A DNA stretch of 64,000 nucleotides from an uncultured Oscillospiraceae bacterium. Its GTDB lineage: Bacteria; Bacillota; Clostridia; Oscillospirales; Ruminococcaceae. The stretch is from the NCBI GenBank assembly GCA_949299455.1, contig CASGAN010000021.1, positions 2,886 through 66,885 on the forward strand. The letters are read 5' to 3'. Below are positions 35,248 through 43,879 of this stretch, in pieces; position 1 is the stretch's first letter; each line of letters begins with the position of its first letter. The position numbers and the translations under genes are program-made. Below the pieces are notes generated by a model. It had not been told where the DNA came from, searched no databases, and saw nothing but the letters and a program-made list of their open reading frames with translations.

Positions 35248-36264
35248 ATGGCAAGCAGACAGGAACGATTATTGCGTTTGAGGGAAATGTTCCTACAAGA
35301 AACAGACGAAAACCACTACATGACAATAGAAGAAATCGCCCGAAGGCTACAAGCAGATAGGCGCACCATAGAACTGGATATTGACGCACTAATACAATCG
35401 GGTATGGATATTGAAAAGAAACCCCGCCCGAAGTTGTCTTATGCTGTATTATCGCGCGATTTTACATTAGAGGAAATTAAGTTGTTGGTTGACTGTGTAC
35501 AAGTGTCAAAGTTCCTTTCCGAAAAGAAAACACAGGAATTATCAAAGAAACTGTGCAACCTTCGCAGTAAACACGAAGCGGTGCAATTAAGCGGGCAAGT
35601 TCGCCGTAACCATATTAAAAGCGGAAACGAAGGAATTTATCTTCATATTGATATGGTACATAGAGCGATTGCAGAAAAACTGTTTTTGACCTTTCAATAT
35701 ACGGAATATCTACCTACAAAAGAAAAGCGGGCGCAGCATAACGGTAAAATTTATATTGTACTTCCAGGCATGCTGATTTATGCAGAAGAAAATTATTATC
35801 TGCTTGCTGAAGAAATAGAATTTAATAGGCGTTCTATTAAGCATTTTCGACTTGATCGAATGGAAAAGGTTGATACTCTGAATTGCTATAATGGAACAAA
35901 ATCTAAATATTACAGTGCTCCCCATATTCAAGATATAGAGAATTACACAAATCAAAATTTTTCCATGTACGGCGGGGAGGTGGAGCGGGTAACAATTCAG
36001 TTCCCCAATTATTTAGCAGGGGTGGTCTTTGACCGTTTCGGTATGGGCGTACATATTGTGCAAACAGACAAAGAACATTTTCAAATAACGGAACCAATAG
36101 CAGTAAGTCCACAATTTTTTGGATGGGTGTTCGGCTTAGGAAAAGAAGTGAAAATCATAGGACCGAAGCACGTTGCTAAGGAAATGAAAGTCTTACTGAA
36201 AGATACCTATTCCGTTTATACTCTTCATCGCAACCGCAAGAAAAAAGCAGAAAGTTCTCAATAG
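35248..36264 (+). CDS. HTH-WYL-WCX transcriptional regulator (BrxR/CapW/PafBC-like architecture)
   Basis: 338 aa with an N-terminal wHTH (MTIEEIARRLQADRRTIELDIDAL) and a WYL core (NYYLLAEE...IKHFRLDRMEKV). It is colinear with the second WYL protein at 59241..60230. Confidence 0.75.
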   Translation: MASRQERLLRLREMFLQETDENHYMTIEEIARRLQADRRTIELDIDALIQSGMDIEKKPRPKLSYAVLSRDFTLEEIKLLVDCVQVSKFLSEKKTQELSKKLCNLRSKHEAVQLSGQVRRNHIKSGNEGIYLHIDMVHRAIAEKLFLTFQYTEYLPTKEKRAQHNGKIYIVLPGMLIYAEENYYLLAEEIEFNRRSIKHFRLDRMEKVDTLNCYNGTKSKYYSAPHIQDIENYTNQNFSMYGGEVERVTIQFPNYLAGVVFDRFGMGVHIVQTDKEHFQITEPIAVSPQFFGWVFGLGKEVKIIGPKHVAKEMKVLLKDTYSVYTLHRNRKKKAESSQ

Positions 36265-36349
36265 TTCTTAGAGAGAAACGGAAAGTTATCAAAAGTTATT
36301 TATTACTTCTTCCAAGTTGCCGCAAGTTCTTAAAAGATGTTAAAAAGAG

Positions 36350-36390
36350 AGGGCAAACCGATTGTTTTCGGTTTGCCCTTTACTTTTTGA
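36350..36390. terminator. bidirectional terminator between the WYL gene and the integrase gene
   Basis: An 11-bp stem AGGGCAAACCG / CGGTTTGCCCT is followed by TTACTTTTTG. Confidence 0.8.
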
Positions 36391-36395
36391 TTTAA

Positions 36396-37328
36396 TTACC
36401 GCATTTTAATTCCTTCCCGCTTAAATTCGCGTAAAATATTAAATTCTTCCACTTCCTTTTGAATATCACTTACGAGTAAATTAAGGTAATTTTGCGTAAT
36501 CGCAAGACTACTATGCCCTAATATTTTTTGAAGTGTTACGACGTTACCACCTATTAAAATCCATTTCTTTGCAAAAGTATGACGGTAACGGTGCATACCT
36601 GTCTTTTCAACGCCTCTGTTTTTGTTATACTCGTAAAAAGAATGATATACCGTTGACCTCACTAATTGCTTTCCGAACACATTGCAGAATAAATAATCTT
36701 CTGCATCTCCTTTACGATATTTTAAATATTCTTGCAGTATTTTTTTGATATCCGTATTTAAGGGGATAATGAGCGGCTTCCTGTTTTTTGTGACGTTGAT
36801 ATAGACAACTCCCGCGTCAAAATCTACATCTTTTATTTTGATATTGATAAGGCTGTGTTGTCGTACGCCAGTGGATAAAAGGAAATTTGTCATTACCCAT
36901 ACTTTGTACTCTGTAAAACTGCAATGTCGCAAATTCGGCTTTTTTAGAAGCACTTGCAATTCTCTGTCGGTGTATGTTTCTATTGGCTGTTTATCTACCT
37001 TTGGAATTTTAATTTTGAAAGTGGGGATATATTCTTTACGCATAAAGAAATACATCAAAGTTTTAAAGTCTCGCGCATAGGTGTATAAACTCATGTCGTT
37101 TAAGGCTGGATTCTCGCGTAACTGGACAATAAAATCGTCGATCATATTTTGGTCGATATCCTGTATCAACGTATTTTCTCCGATATATTTCAGAATCTGT
37201 TTTGTCGAATCGCTGTAATGCCGAAGTGTACCATTTCTTAAATTGCGTGCCTTACAATCTAAAATATATTCCTCGCACCCTTCCCCAAAAGTCCTGTCAT
37301 GTTCCACTGCCAATCTGATTTTTCCCAT
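36396..37328 (-). CDS. tyrosine-type site-specific integrase
   Basis: ORF 36396..37376 is trimmed to ATG 37328, because the upstream part overlaps a terminator hairpin. Contains a SAM-like N-domain, catalytic-region motifs GVRQHSL, HRYRHTFA and LGHSSLAITQNYL, and a candidate catalytic Tyr. Confidence 0.85.
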   Translation of the reverse strand: MGKIRLAVEHDRTFGEGCEEYILDCKARNLRNGTLRHYSDSTKQILKYIGENTLIQDIDQNMIDDFIVQLRENPALNDMSLYTYARDFKTLMYFFMRKEYIPTFKIKIPKVDKQPIETYTDRELQVLLKKPNLRHCSFTEYKVWVMTNFLLSTGVRQHSLINIKIKDVDFDAGVVYINVTKNRKPLIIPLNTDIKKILQEYLKYRKGDAEDYLFCNVFGKQLVRSTVYHSFYEYNKNRGVEKTGMHRYRHTFAKKWILIGGNVVTLQKILGHSSLAITQNYLNLLVSDIQKEVEEFNILREFKREGIKMR

Positions 37329-37356
37329 TTGATTTTCCTTTCCCCGGCATAAAAAA

Positions 37357-37400
37357 GTTGGACACGTCATTCGCATTTTGCTTAAAATGACGTGTCCAAC
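37357..37400 (-). terminator. island-borne replacement terminator just inside the right repeat
   Basis: A perfect 14-bp stem GTTGGACACGTCAT / ATGACGTGTCCAAC. On the minus strand it is followed by TTTTTT. It lies between the host gene stop and the integrase start. Confidence 0.75.
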
Positions 37401-37427
37401 GAATTTTTTAGAAAATCAATAGGTTCG

Positions 37428-37526
37428 TTTCAAAGAAACAATTATTTCAGTGCTTCTTCGACAGCAACTGCACAAGCAACGGTTGCACCAACCATCGGGT
37501 TATTGCCCATGCCCATGAGGCCCATC
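37428..37526. repeat. right 99-bp direct repeat (attR-like)
   Basis: Identical to 29594-29692. Confidence 0.95.
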
Positions 37527-38445
37527 CCATCATCTCAACGTGAGCCGGAACAGAGGACGAACCTGCGAACTGTGCGTCACCGTGCATACGACCCATGGAG
37601 TCGGTCAAGCCGTAAGAAGCCGGGCCTGCTGCCACGTTGTCCGGGTGCAGTGTACGGCCTGTGCCGCCGCCCGATGCAACAGAGAAGTATTTTTTGCCGT
37701 TTTCCATTGCCCATTTTTTGTAGGTGCCTGCAACCAGGTGCTGGAAGCGGGTCGGGTTGGTGGAGTTACCGGTGATGGAAACGTCAACTTTCTCTTTTTT
37801 CATGACTGCAACGCCTTCGAGCACGTCGTTTGCGCCGTAGCATTTAACAGCAGCTTTTTCGCCGTTCGAGAACGGAACTTCGCGGACAACGGTCAGTTCG
37901 CCGGTGCTGAAATCAAAGCTTGTCTCAACATAGGTGAAGCCGTTGATTCTCGAAATGATGTAAGCTGCGTCTTTGCCCAAACCGTTCAGGATGACACGGA
38001 GCGGAGTTTTACGAGCTTTGTTTGCAGTTCTTGCGATACCGATTGCGCCCTCAGCAGCAGCGAACGACTCGTGGCCTGCGAGGAAGCAGAAGCAGTCGGT
38101 CTCTTCGCGCAGCAGCATTGCGCCCAAGTTGCCGTGGCCCTGGCCAACGTTGCGCTGTTCAGCAACGGAGCCCGGAACACAGAATGCCTGCAGGCCGATG
38201 CCGATTGCCTCAGCAGCGTCAGCAGCTTTGTTTGCGCCTTTTTTCAGAGCAACAGCGGTGCCCAGTGTGTATGCCCAAACCGCATTTTCAAATGCGATCG
38301 GCTGAACACCTTTGACGATTTCTTCTACATTGATGCCTTTTTCCAGGCAGAAGTCTCTTGCTTCTTCGAGAGTAGCAAAGCCATACTCAGCGAGGCATTT
38401 CTCGATTTTCGGCATTCTTCTCTCTTTACCTTCAAATTGTGCCAT
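37447..38445 (-). CDS. GGGtGRT family protein (function unknown), with the C-terminal ~25 residues apparently out of frame
   Basis: 332 aa containing the name-giving SGGGTGRTLHPDN motif. After ...AHVEMMG the annotated frame gives a Trp-rich tail, WASWAWAITRWLVQ. The alternative frame gives MGLMGMGNNPMVGATVACAVAVEEALK with gene-like codon usage. Confidence 0.75.
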   Translation of the reverse strand: MAQFEGKERRMPKIEKCLAEYGFATLEEARDFCLEKGINVEEIVKGVQPIAFENAVWAYTLGTAVALKKGANKAADAAEAIGIGLQAFCVPGSVAEQRNVGQGHGNLGAMLLREETDCFCFLAGHESFAAAEGAIGIARTANKARKTPLRVILNGLGKDAAYIISRINGFTYVETSFDFSTGELTVVREVPFSNGEKAAVKCYGANDVLEGVAVMKKEKVDVSITGNSTNPTRFQHLVAGTYKKWAMENGKKYFSVASGGGTGRTLHPDNVAAGPASYGLTDSMGRMHGDAQFAGSSSVPAHVEMMGWASWAWAITRWLVQPLLVQLLSKKH

Positions 38446-38479
38446 GTGATAAAACCTCCTTGACTTACGTCTCTTTGTC

Positions 38480-39181
38480 TTATTCTTCGCGCGGATCGAT
38501 GAACTTCACTGCGCCATCAGCTTCGCTGAAGCGGCCGTAAGTACCGATGTTTTTCTCAAAAGCAGTTTTCGGGTCAACGCCGTGACGGATGTCTTCGAGC
38601 ATTTTGCCGAGTCTTACAAACTGATAGCCGATTGCTTCGCCGTTTGCGTCGATTGCAACTTTCAGGATATAGCCCTCAGCCATTTCCATGTAGCGAACGC
38701 CTTTTTTCTGAGTCGAGAAGATGGTGCCAACCTGCGAACGCAGACCTTTGCCCAAGTCCTCAAGACCAGCGCCGATCGGCAGACCGTCTTCAGAGAAAGC
38801 AGTCTGGGTTCTGCCGTAAACGAGCTGGAGGAAGATCTCTCTCATTGCAACGTTGATTGCGTCGCAGACGAGGTCGGTGTTGAGTGCTTCGAGGATGGTT
38901 TTGCCCGGGAGAATCTCGCCAGCCATAGCAGCCGAGTGGGTCATGCCGGAACATCCGAGTGTCTCAACGAGAGCCTCTTCGATGATGCCGTTTTTAACGT
39001 TCAAGGTCAGTTTGCAGGTGCCCTGCTGCGGTGCACACCAACCCACACCGTGGGACAGACCGGAAATATCGGTGATTTCGTAAGCTTTTACCCAGCGGCC
39101 TTCCTCCGGGATCGGGGCAGGACCGTGTTTGGGACCTTTTGTGAGAGTACACATTCTCTCAACTTCATGAGAATAGTTCAT
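38480..39181 (-). CDS. NifU/IscU N-terminal-domain-like Fe-S scaffold-type protein, partner of the GGGtGRT gene
   Basis: 233 aa with WCAPQQGTCKL...VETLGCSGMTHSAAMAGE, an IscU-like cysteine pattern. It lies immediately upstream in the same operon. Confidence 0.6.
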   Translation of the reverse strand: MNYSHEVERMCTLTKGPKHGPAPIPEEGRWVKAYEITDISGLSHGVGWCAPQQGTCKLTLNVKNGIIEEALVETLGCSGMTHSAAMAGEILPGKTILEALNTDLVCDAINVAMREIFLQLVYGRTQTAFSEDGLPIGAGLEDLGKGLRSQVGTIFSTQKKGVRYMEMAEGYILKVAIDANGEAIGYQFVRLGKMLEDIRHGVDPKTAFEKNIGTYGRFSEADGAVKFIDPREE

Positions 39182-39296
39182 ATTGCTGCTCCTTTCATTT
39201 GAACCATGTGGTCAAAATTGCATTTTTCACATCCGAAAAGCTGGATGTGCGCCGTATTTTGGTTAAATAAAAAATTCGGCGCAAATACACAGTTAT

Positions 39297-39325
39297 ATTA
39301 TAATCAATTTTGTCCATAAAAGCAA
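39297..39325 (-). promoter_or_regulatory. sigma-A promoter for the NifU-like/GGGtGRT operon (TTGCTT-17-TATAAT)
   Basis: Minus strand: TTGCTT (39325-39320), a 17-nt spacer, then TATAAT (39302-39297). The ~108-nt leader contains two hairpins. Confidence 0.55.
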
Positions 39326-39437
39326 GAGACAGGTGCAGCGGAATCATCATTTTTTGGCAGAAGATCGTTTTTTATCTGTCCGGCAAGGAAAAAAACGCGT
39401 TTATTTTCGTGAAAACTGAATATTAACAAAAAATGCC

Positions 39438-39466
39438 TTGCATCTTTTCTTGTGAAAAGATATAAT
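39438..39466 (+). promoter_or_regulatory. sigma-A promoter for secA (TTGCAT-17-TATAAT)
   Basis: TTGCAT at 39438-39443, a 17-nt spacer, then TATAAT at 39461-39466. Confidence 0.6.
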
Positions 39467-39502
39467 GAATAAGAATTGCGTAAACTGCTATGAGGTGAAG
39501 AT

Positions 39503-42259
39503 ATGTCATTTTTAGAAAAGATCTTCGGTTCCTACAGCAAAAAAGAACTTGCTCGCATCGAACCGATTAAGCAAAAGGTTTTGGATTTGGAAGAAACGTA
39601 TGCGGCAATGAGCACAAAAGAGCTCCAGTCGCAGACCGCAGTGCTCAAAGAGCGCTTGGCAGACGGCGAAACACTCGACGATATTCTGCCGGATGCGTTC
39701 GCTGTGTGTCGTGAGGCTGCATGGCGTACAATCGGCAAAAAGCCGTACCCAGTGCAGGTGATCGGCGGTATCGTGCTGCATCAGGGCCGTATCGCAGAAA
39801 TGAAAACCGGTGAAGGCAAAACGATCGTGGCAACCATGCCGGCGTACTTGAACGCGCTTGCAGGAAAAGGTGTCCACATCGTCACCGTCAACGAATACCT
39901 GGCACAGTATCAGTCCGAATGGATGGGTAAAATCTATAAATTCTTAGGTTTGAGTGTCGGACTGATCGTCCATGACATGACCACAGAGGAAAAACGCGCT
40001 GCATATGCTGCAGATATCACCTATGGCACAAACAACGAGATCGGCTTCGACTATCTGCGTGACAACATGGTGACTTATAAAGAGCGAATGGTACAGCGCG
40101 GATTCAACTATGCAATCGTCGACGAGGTGGACTCCATCTTGATCGATGAGGCGCGTACACCGCTCATTATTTCGGGTCCGGGCGAAAAATCGACCGAGCT
40201 TTACACCTTTGCAGACCGTTTTGCAAGAGGTCTGCGCGTGCATAAAGTGGTCGAAGAGGATACCAAACAGTTAAATGACGACGTCGATGCAGATTATATC
40301 GTGGACGAAAAAGCACGCACGGTATCGCTCACGCCGGAAGGTGTCAAGAAGGCAGAGGCATTTTTCCATGTGGAAAACCTTGCCGATCCGGAGAACCTGA
40401 CACTTCAGCATCACATCAACCAGGCAATCCGTGCATACGGCATCATGAAACGCGACGTCGACTACGTCGTAAAAGACGGTGAGATCATCATCGTTGACGA
40501 GTTCACCGGTCGTTTGATGATAGGACGCCGCTACAGCGAGGGACTGCATCAAGCAATCGAGGCAAAAGAAGGCGTGCAGGTCGCAAGAGAATCCCGTACA
40601 CTCGCAACCATTACGTTCCAGAACTACTTCCGGCTGTATGACAAGCTCTCCGGTATGACCGGTACGGCAATGACGGAGGAGCCGGAGTTTAACGAGATTT
40701 ATAATCTTGACATCATCGCCGTTCCGACAAATAAACCGATGATCCGAAAAGACTACGACGACGTGGTTTATAAAACAGAACGGGCAAAATTCAACGCTGT
40801 AATCGATCAGGTCATTGAGTGCCATGAAAAAGGCCAGCCGGTTCTGGTCGGTACCGTTTCGATCGACAAATCGGAACTGTTATCCGCAATGCTCAAACGC
40901 CGCGGCATCAAACACAACGTATTGAACGCAAAGCAGCATGCACGCGAGGCAGAGATCGTCGCACAGGCAGGCAAAAAAGGTGCTGTCACGATTGCAACCA
41001 ACATGGCAGGCCGTGGTACGGATATCCTGCTCGGCGGCAACGCAGAGTTTTTAGCTGTCGCACAGATGCGCAAAAAAGGATATACTGAGGAGCAGATTTC
41101 ACAGGCAACAAGCTACAGTGAAACAGACGATAAAGAAGTCATCCGTCTGCGGGAAGAGTATCATGCACTTGAGGATGAATTTGCAAAACAGATTGAACCG
41201 GAAGCAGAAGCTGTCCGTGAGGCAGGCGGCTTGTTCATTATCGGTACCGAACGTCATGAATCCCGCCGAATCGACAATCAGCTGCGCGGCCGTGCGGGCC
41301 GTCAGGGTGACCCGGGTGCCAGCCGGTTCTTCATCTCGCTCGAAGACGATCTGATGCGTCTGTTCGGCGGCGAACGGATTCAGGCAATGATGGATCGTTT
41401 GAATGTGGAAGAAGATCAGCCGATCGAAACCGGTCTGCTCACCCGTTCGATTGAGTCAGCACAGCGCAAGGTCGAGGACCGTAACTTCTCGATTCGTAAA
41501 CGCGTGCTCCAGTACGACGATGTGATGAATACACAGCGCGGCATCATTTACGGCCAGCGCCAGAAAGTGCTGAACAACGATAACCTGAAAGAGATCATTG
41601 AAGGCATGATCGACGAAGCAATCCGCAGTGATGTGGACATGTATTTAGCAGACGGCGATGTGCATGATGACTGGAATCTTGCTGGACTGCGCGATCATTA
41701 TCTCGGCTATCTGACCGGACCGGACGATTTGCAGTACAGTGTACAGGAACGTGCCGACATGGACAAAGACGATATCGCTTCGATGCTCGTGGAGCGTGCA
41801 ATGAAGCTGTATGAAGCGCGCGAAAAGGAATTCGGCGAGCAGATGATGCGTGAACTTGAACGTGTCGTCCTGCTCCGTACCGTTGACAGCAAATGGATCG
41901 AGCATATCGATGCGATGGACGAACTGAAACGCGGTATGGGACTTCGTTCGTATGGCCAGAAAGACCCGGTCATCGAATACCGTAACGAAGGATTTGACAT
42001 GTTTGACAACCTGATCGCCTCCATTCGCGAAGATACCGTCCGGCTCCTGCTGACCATCCGGATTCGTCAGCAGGAGCCGGTGAAACGCGAGCAGGTTGCA
42101 AATCCGACAACCGCATCCCACGGCGATCAGGACAAAGGTGTCAAACGTCAGCCGGTTCGAAAAACAAAAGTAGGCGATAACGATCCGTGTCCGTGCGGCA
42201 GCGGCAAAAAGTATAAAAAATGCTGCAAGCTGAAAGAAACCGCTTCGACAAATTCATAA
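39503..42259 (+). CDS. secA: preprotein translocase ATPase SecA
   Basis: 918 aa with MKTGEGKT and [19 protein letters not shown] motifs and a C-terminal zinc motif [13 protein letters not shown]. Confidence 0.95.
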   Translation: MSFLEKIFGSYSKKELARIEPIKQKVLDLEETYAAMSTKELQSQTAVLKERLADGETLDDILPDAFAVCREAAWRTIGKKPYPVQVIGGIVLHQGRIAEMKTGEGKTIVATMPAYLNALAGKGVHIVTVNEYLAQYQSEWMGKIYKFLGLSVGLIVHDMTTEEKRAAYAADITYGTNNEIGFDYLRDNMVTYKERMVQRGFNYAIVDEVDSILIDEARTPLIISGPGEKSTELYTFADRFARGLRVHKVVEEDTKQLNDDVDADYIVDEKARTVSLTPEGVKKAEAFFHVENLADPENLTLQHHINQAIRAYGIMKRDVDYVVKDGEIIIVDEFTGRLMIGRRYSEGLHQAIEAKEGVQVARESRTLATITFQNYFRLYDKLSGMTGTAMTEEPEFNEIYNLDIIAVPTNKPMIRKDYDDVVYKTERAKFNAVIDQVIECHEKGQPVLVGTVSIDKSELLSAMLKRRGIKHNVLNAKQHAREAEIVAQAGKKGAVTIATNMAGRGTDILLGGNAEFLAVAQMRKKGYTEEQISQATSYSETDDKEVIRLREEYHALEDEFAKQIEPEAEAVREAGGLFIIGTERHESRRIDNQLRGRAGRQGDPGASRFFISLEDDLMRLFGGERIQAMMDRLNVEEDQPIETGLLTRSIESAQRKVEDRNFSIRKRVLQYDDVMNTQRGIIYGQRQKVLNNDNLKEIIEGMIDEAIRSDVDMYLADGDVHDDWNLAGLRDHYLGYLTGPDDLQYSVQERADMDKDDIASMLVERAMKLYEAREKEFGEQMMRELERVVLLRTVDSKWIEHIDAMDELKRGMGLRSYGQKDPVIEYRNEGFDMFDNLIASIREDTVRLLLTIRIRQQEPVKREQVANPTTASHGDQDKGVKRQPVRKTKVGDNDPCPCGSGKKYKKCCKLKETASTNS

Positions 42260-42276
42260 GATAAGCAAAATTAAAA

Positions 42277-42307
42277 AGAAGCCTGTAAAAACAGGCTTCT
42301 TTTTTTG
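42277..42307. terminator. bidirectional rho-independent terminator after secA
   Basis: A 10-bp stem AGAAGCCTGT / ACAGGCTTCT with loop AAAA is followed by TTTTTTT. Confidence 0.85.
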
Positions 42308-42321
42308 ATTCATAAAAGTTA

Positions 42322-42837
42322 TCATGCATTTTCTATTCGGCGGACACCCGAGGGGGAAAAAACGATCAACGGTTTATTCATCTTTTTTGCATAGGCAATC
42401 GTGTTTTTCGTACCGCCCGGCTTTCCGTCATACACCGCAATCATATGATCCGCATGATCAACAATATACTGATTCCGATGCTGCATTGCGCGGTTTGTTT
42501 TTGCAATTTGCACATAGGTGATTCGCTGGGATGCCTCTAAAATGCGATGATATCGCAGCTGATCCTCCTGCCGCCAGTGCTGCGCCTGTTCCACATAGGG
42601 CACAGCGATTTCCAGATAAATATCCGGATACGCAGCCAAAAACGACAAAATAATCTCTGCTGCAAACGTATCTACACCCTGCGCACCGCCGCAGATAAAA
42701 TGACGCGTTCCATGCGCAAGCAAGTTCGCAATCTCTTCCCGCAGTGCATTTTTTAACGAAATACAATCCGGATGTGTTTCCTCTCGTTTATAAGGAAGTT
42801 TCGAAAAACGATAGCCGGTAAACCCGCAAACGCTCAT
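42322..42837 (-). CDS. SLOG-superfamily DUF1273 protein (YpsA-like)
   Basis: ORF 42322..42891 is trimmed to ATG 42837. Colinear with B. subtilis YpsA blocks: FTGYR, ICGGAQGVDTFAAE, YPDIYLEIAVPYVEQAQHW and MIAVYDGKPGGTKNT. Confidence 0.7.
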   Translation of the reverse strand: MSVCGFTGYRFSKLPYKREETHPDCISLKNALREEIANLLAHGTRHFICGGAQGVDTFAAEIILSFLAAYPDIYLEIAVPYVEQAQHWRQEDQLRYHRILEASQRITYVQIAKTNRAMQHRNQYIVDHADHMIAVYDGKPGGTKNTIAYAKKMNKPLIVFSPSGVRRIENA

Positions 42838-42859
42838 AATACAACGTCCTTTTGCTGTT

Positions 42860-43789
42860 TCAGAATTTCTTTTTCCAAAAGATAAATCCAACTACGCCGA
42901 CGATCGTCATGGACAATATGAGAGAAAACCACGTATATGGTACAAACCAACTTAAATCTCCTGTATTCATACCGTAAAAGCTGAAAATCATATTCGGAAT
43001 TTCCAAAAGAATCGTCACGATCGTCAGCGTTTTCATCACCTGGTTTAAGTTATTGGAAATGATCGAAGAAAACGCATCCATCGTTTCTTTCAAAATCCGC
43101 GAATAGGTGCTCGACATATCGACCGCCTGCTTAAACTCAATCAGCACATCTTCCAAAAGATCCTGGTCTTCCTCATACAGCTTGATAACACGACCACGGA
43201 AGATCTTTTCGAGTGTGATTTCGTTCGCCTTGAGCGAAGCCGAAAAGTAAATAAGCGATTTTTGCAGACCCATCATCTGGACGAGCTGTTTATTCTGCAT
43301 GGAATGATGCAGCTCGGTTTCCATCTGCGCTGTCATTTTATTGATGTGTTTGAGTCGAATCAAAAAGCTCTGTGCCACACGCAGAAGCAATGTCAGCAAA
43401 AACCGTGTTTTCATTGCTGTCTGCAAATTCCGGATAAAGCCGTTTGCAATATCGGTGACAGCAGATGTTTCGTTTAAGCAAACGGTGACAACATAATCAG
43501 GCGTTACGATGATACCCACCGGCATTGTTGTATAAACAAGCGTGTTTTCGCCTTCCGTCACAGCAATCGGTGTATCAATGATAATCAGTGTCTGCTCATC
43601 TTCCACTTCAACACGCGACGATTCCTCTTCGTCGAGCGCAGCGCTGACAAAACTCGGGTCCAAATGAAGTTCTTCTGTCAAAAATCGGATTTCTTCAGTG
43701 GTCGGACTGACAACATTCACCCAACATCCCGCTGAAACCGTATCCACGCGCTTTAAACTATTTTCAATCGTTTTGTAAAAGCAAAGCAT
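42860..43789 (-). CDS. corA: magnesium/cobalt transporter CorA
   Basis: ORF trimmed to ATG 43789. Contains the C-terminal YGMN motif (FSFYGMNTGDL) followed by the final TM. Confidence 0.85.
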   Translation of the reverse strand: MLCFYKTIENSLKRVDTVSAGCWVNVVSPTTEEIRFLTEELHLDPSFVSAALDEEESSRVEVEDEQTLIIIDTPIAVTEGENTLVYTTMPVGIIVTPDYVVTVCLNETSAVTDIANGFIRNLQTAMKTRFLLTLLLRVAQSFLIRLKHINKMTAQMETELHHSMQNKQLVQMMGLQKSLIYFSASLKANEITLEKIFRGRVIKLYEEDQDLLEDVLIEFKQAVDMSSTYSRILKETMDAFSSIISNNLNQVMKTLTIVTILLEIPNMIFSFYGMNTGDLSWFVPYTWFSLILSMTIVGVVGFIFWKKKF

Positions 43790-43879
43790 GATGACACCCC
43801 TTTCATCACACACAAAACCGGCAGCCTTCACATTCTGTTGGGAAGACTGCCGGTTTCACGCGCAGTTTTCTATCACGAA

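Larger units (their letters stand above)
29594..37526. mobile_element. integrated genomic island / integrative element (7,735 bp between repeats) in the 3' end of the GGGtGRT gene
   Basis: Perfect 99-bp direct repeats. The interior is visibly far more AT-rich than the flanks. A tyrosine integrase sits next to the right repeat and a serine recombinase next to the left repeat. Confidence 0.85.

Noticed and set aside
37520-37540. Programmed -1 ribosomal frameshifting as the explanation for the GGGtGRT C-terminal frame change
   Set aside because: There is no X XXY YYZ slippery heptamer at GAG ATG ATG GGA TGG and no obvious downstream pseudoknot. A mutation, a 5-bp duplication or a homopolymer error is more parsimonious.
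37540-39202. Long + strand ORFs (307 aa and 206 aa) opposite the GGGtGRT and NifU-like genes, and similar antisense ORFs opposite mraY (50222..51100), GH31 (18632..19420), ftsZ (43896..44477) and murE (52507..53196)
   Set aside because: These are typical antisense shadow ORFs of GC-biased, strongly codon-biased genes. Their products are low-complexity or Cys/Arg/His-rich, with no RBS.
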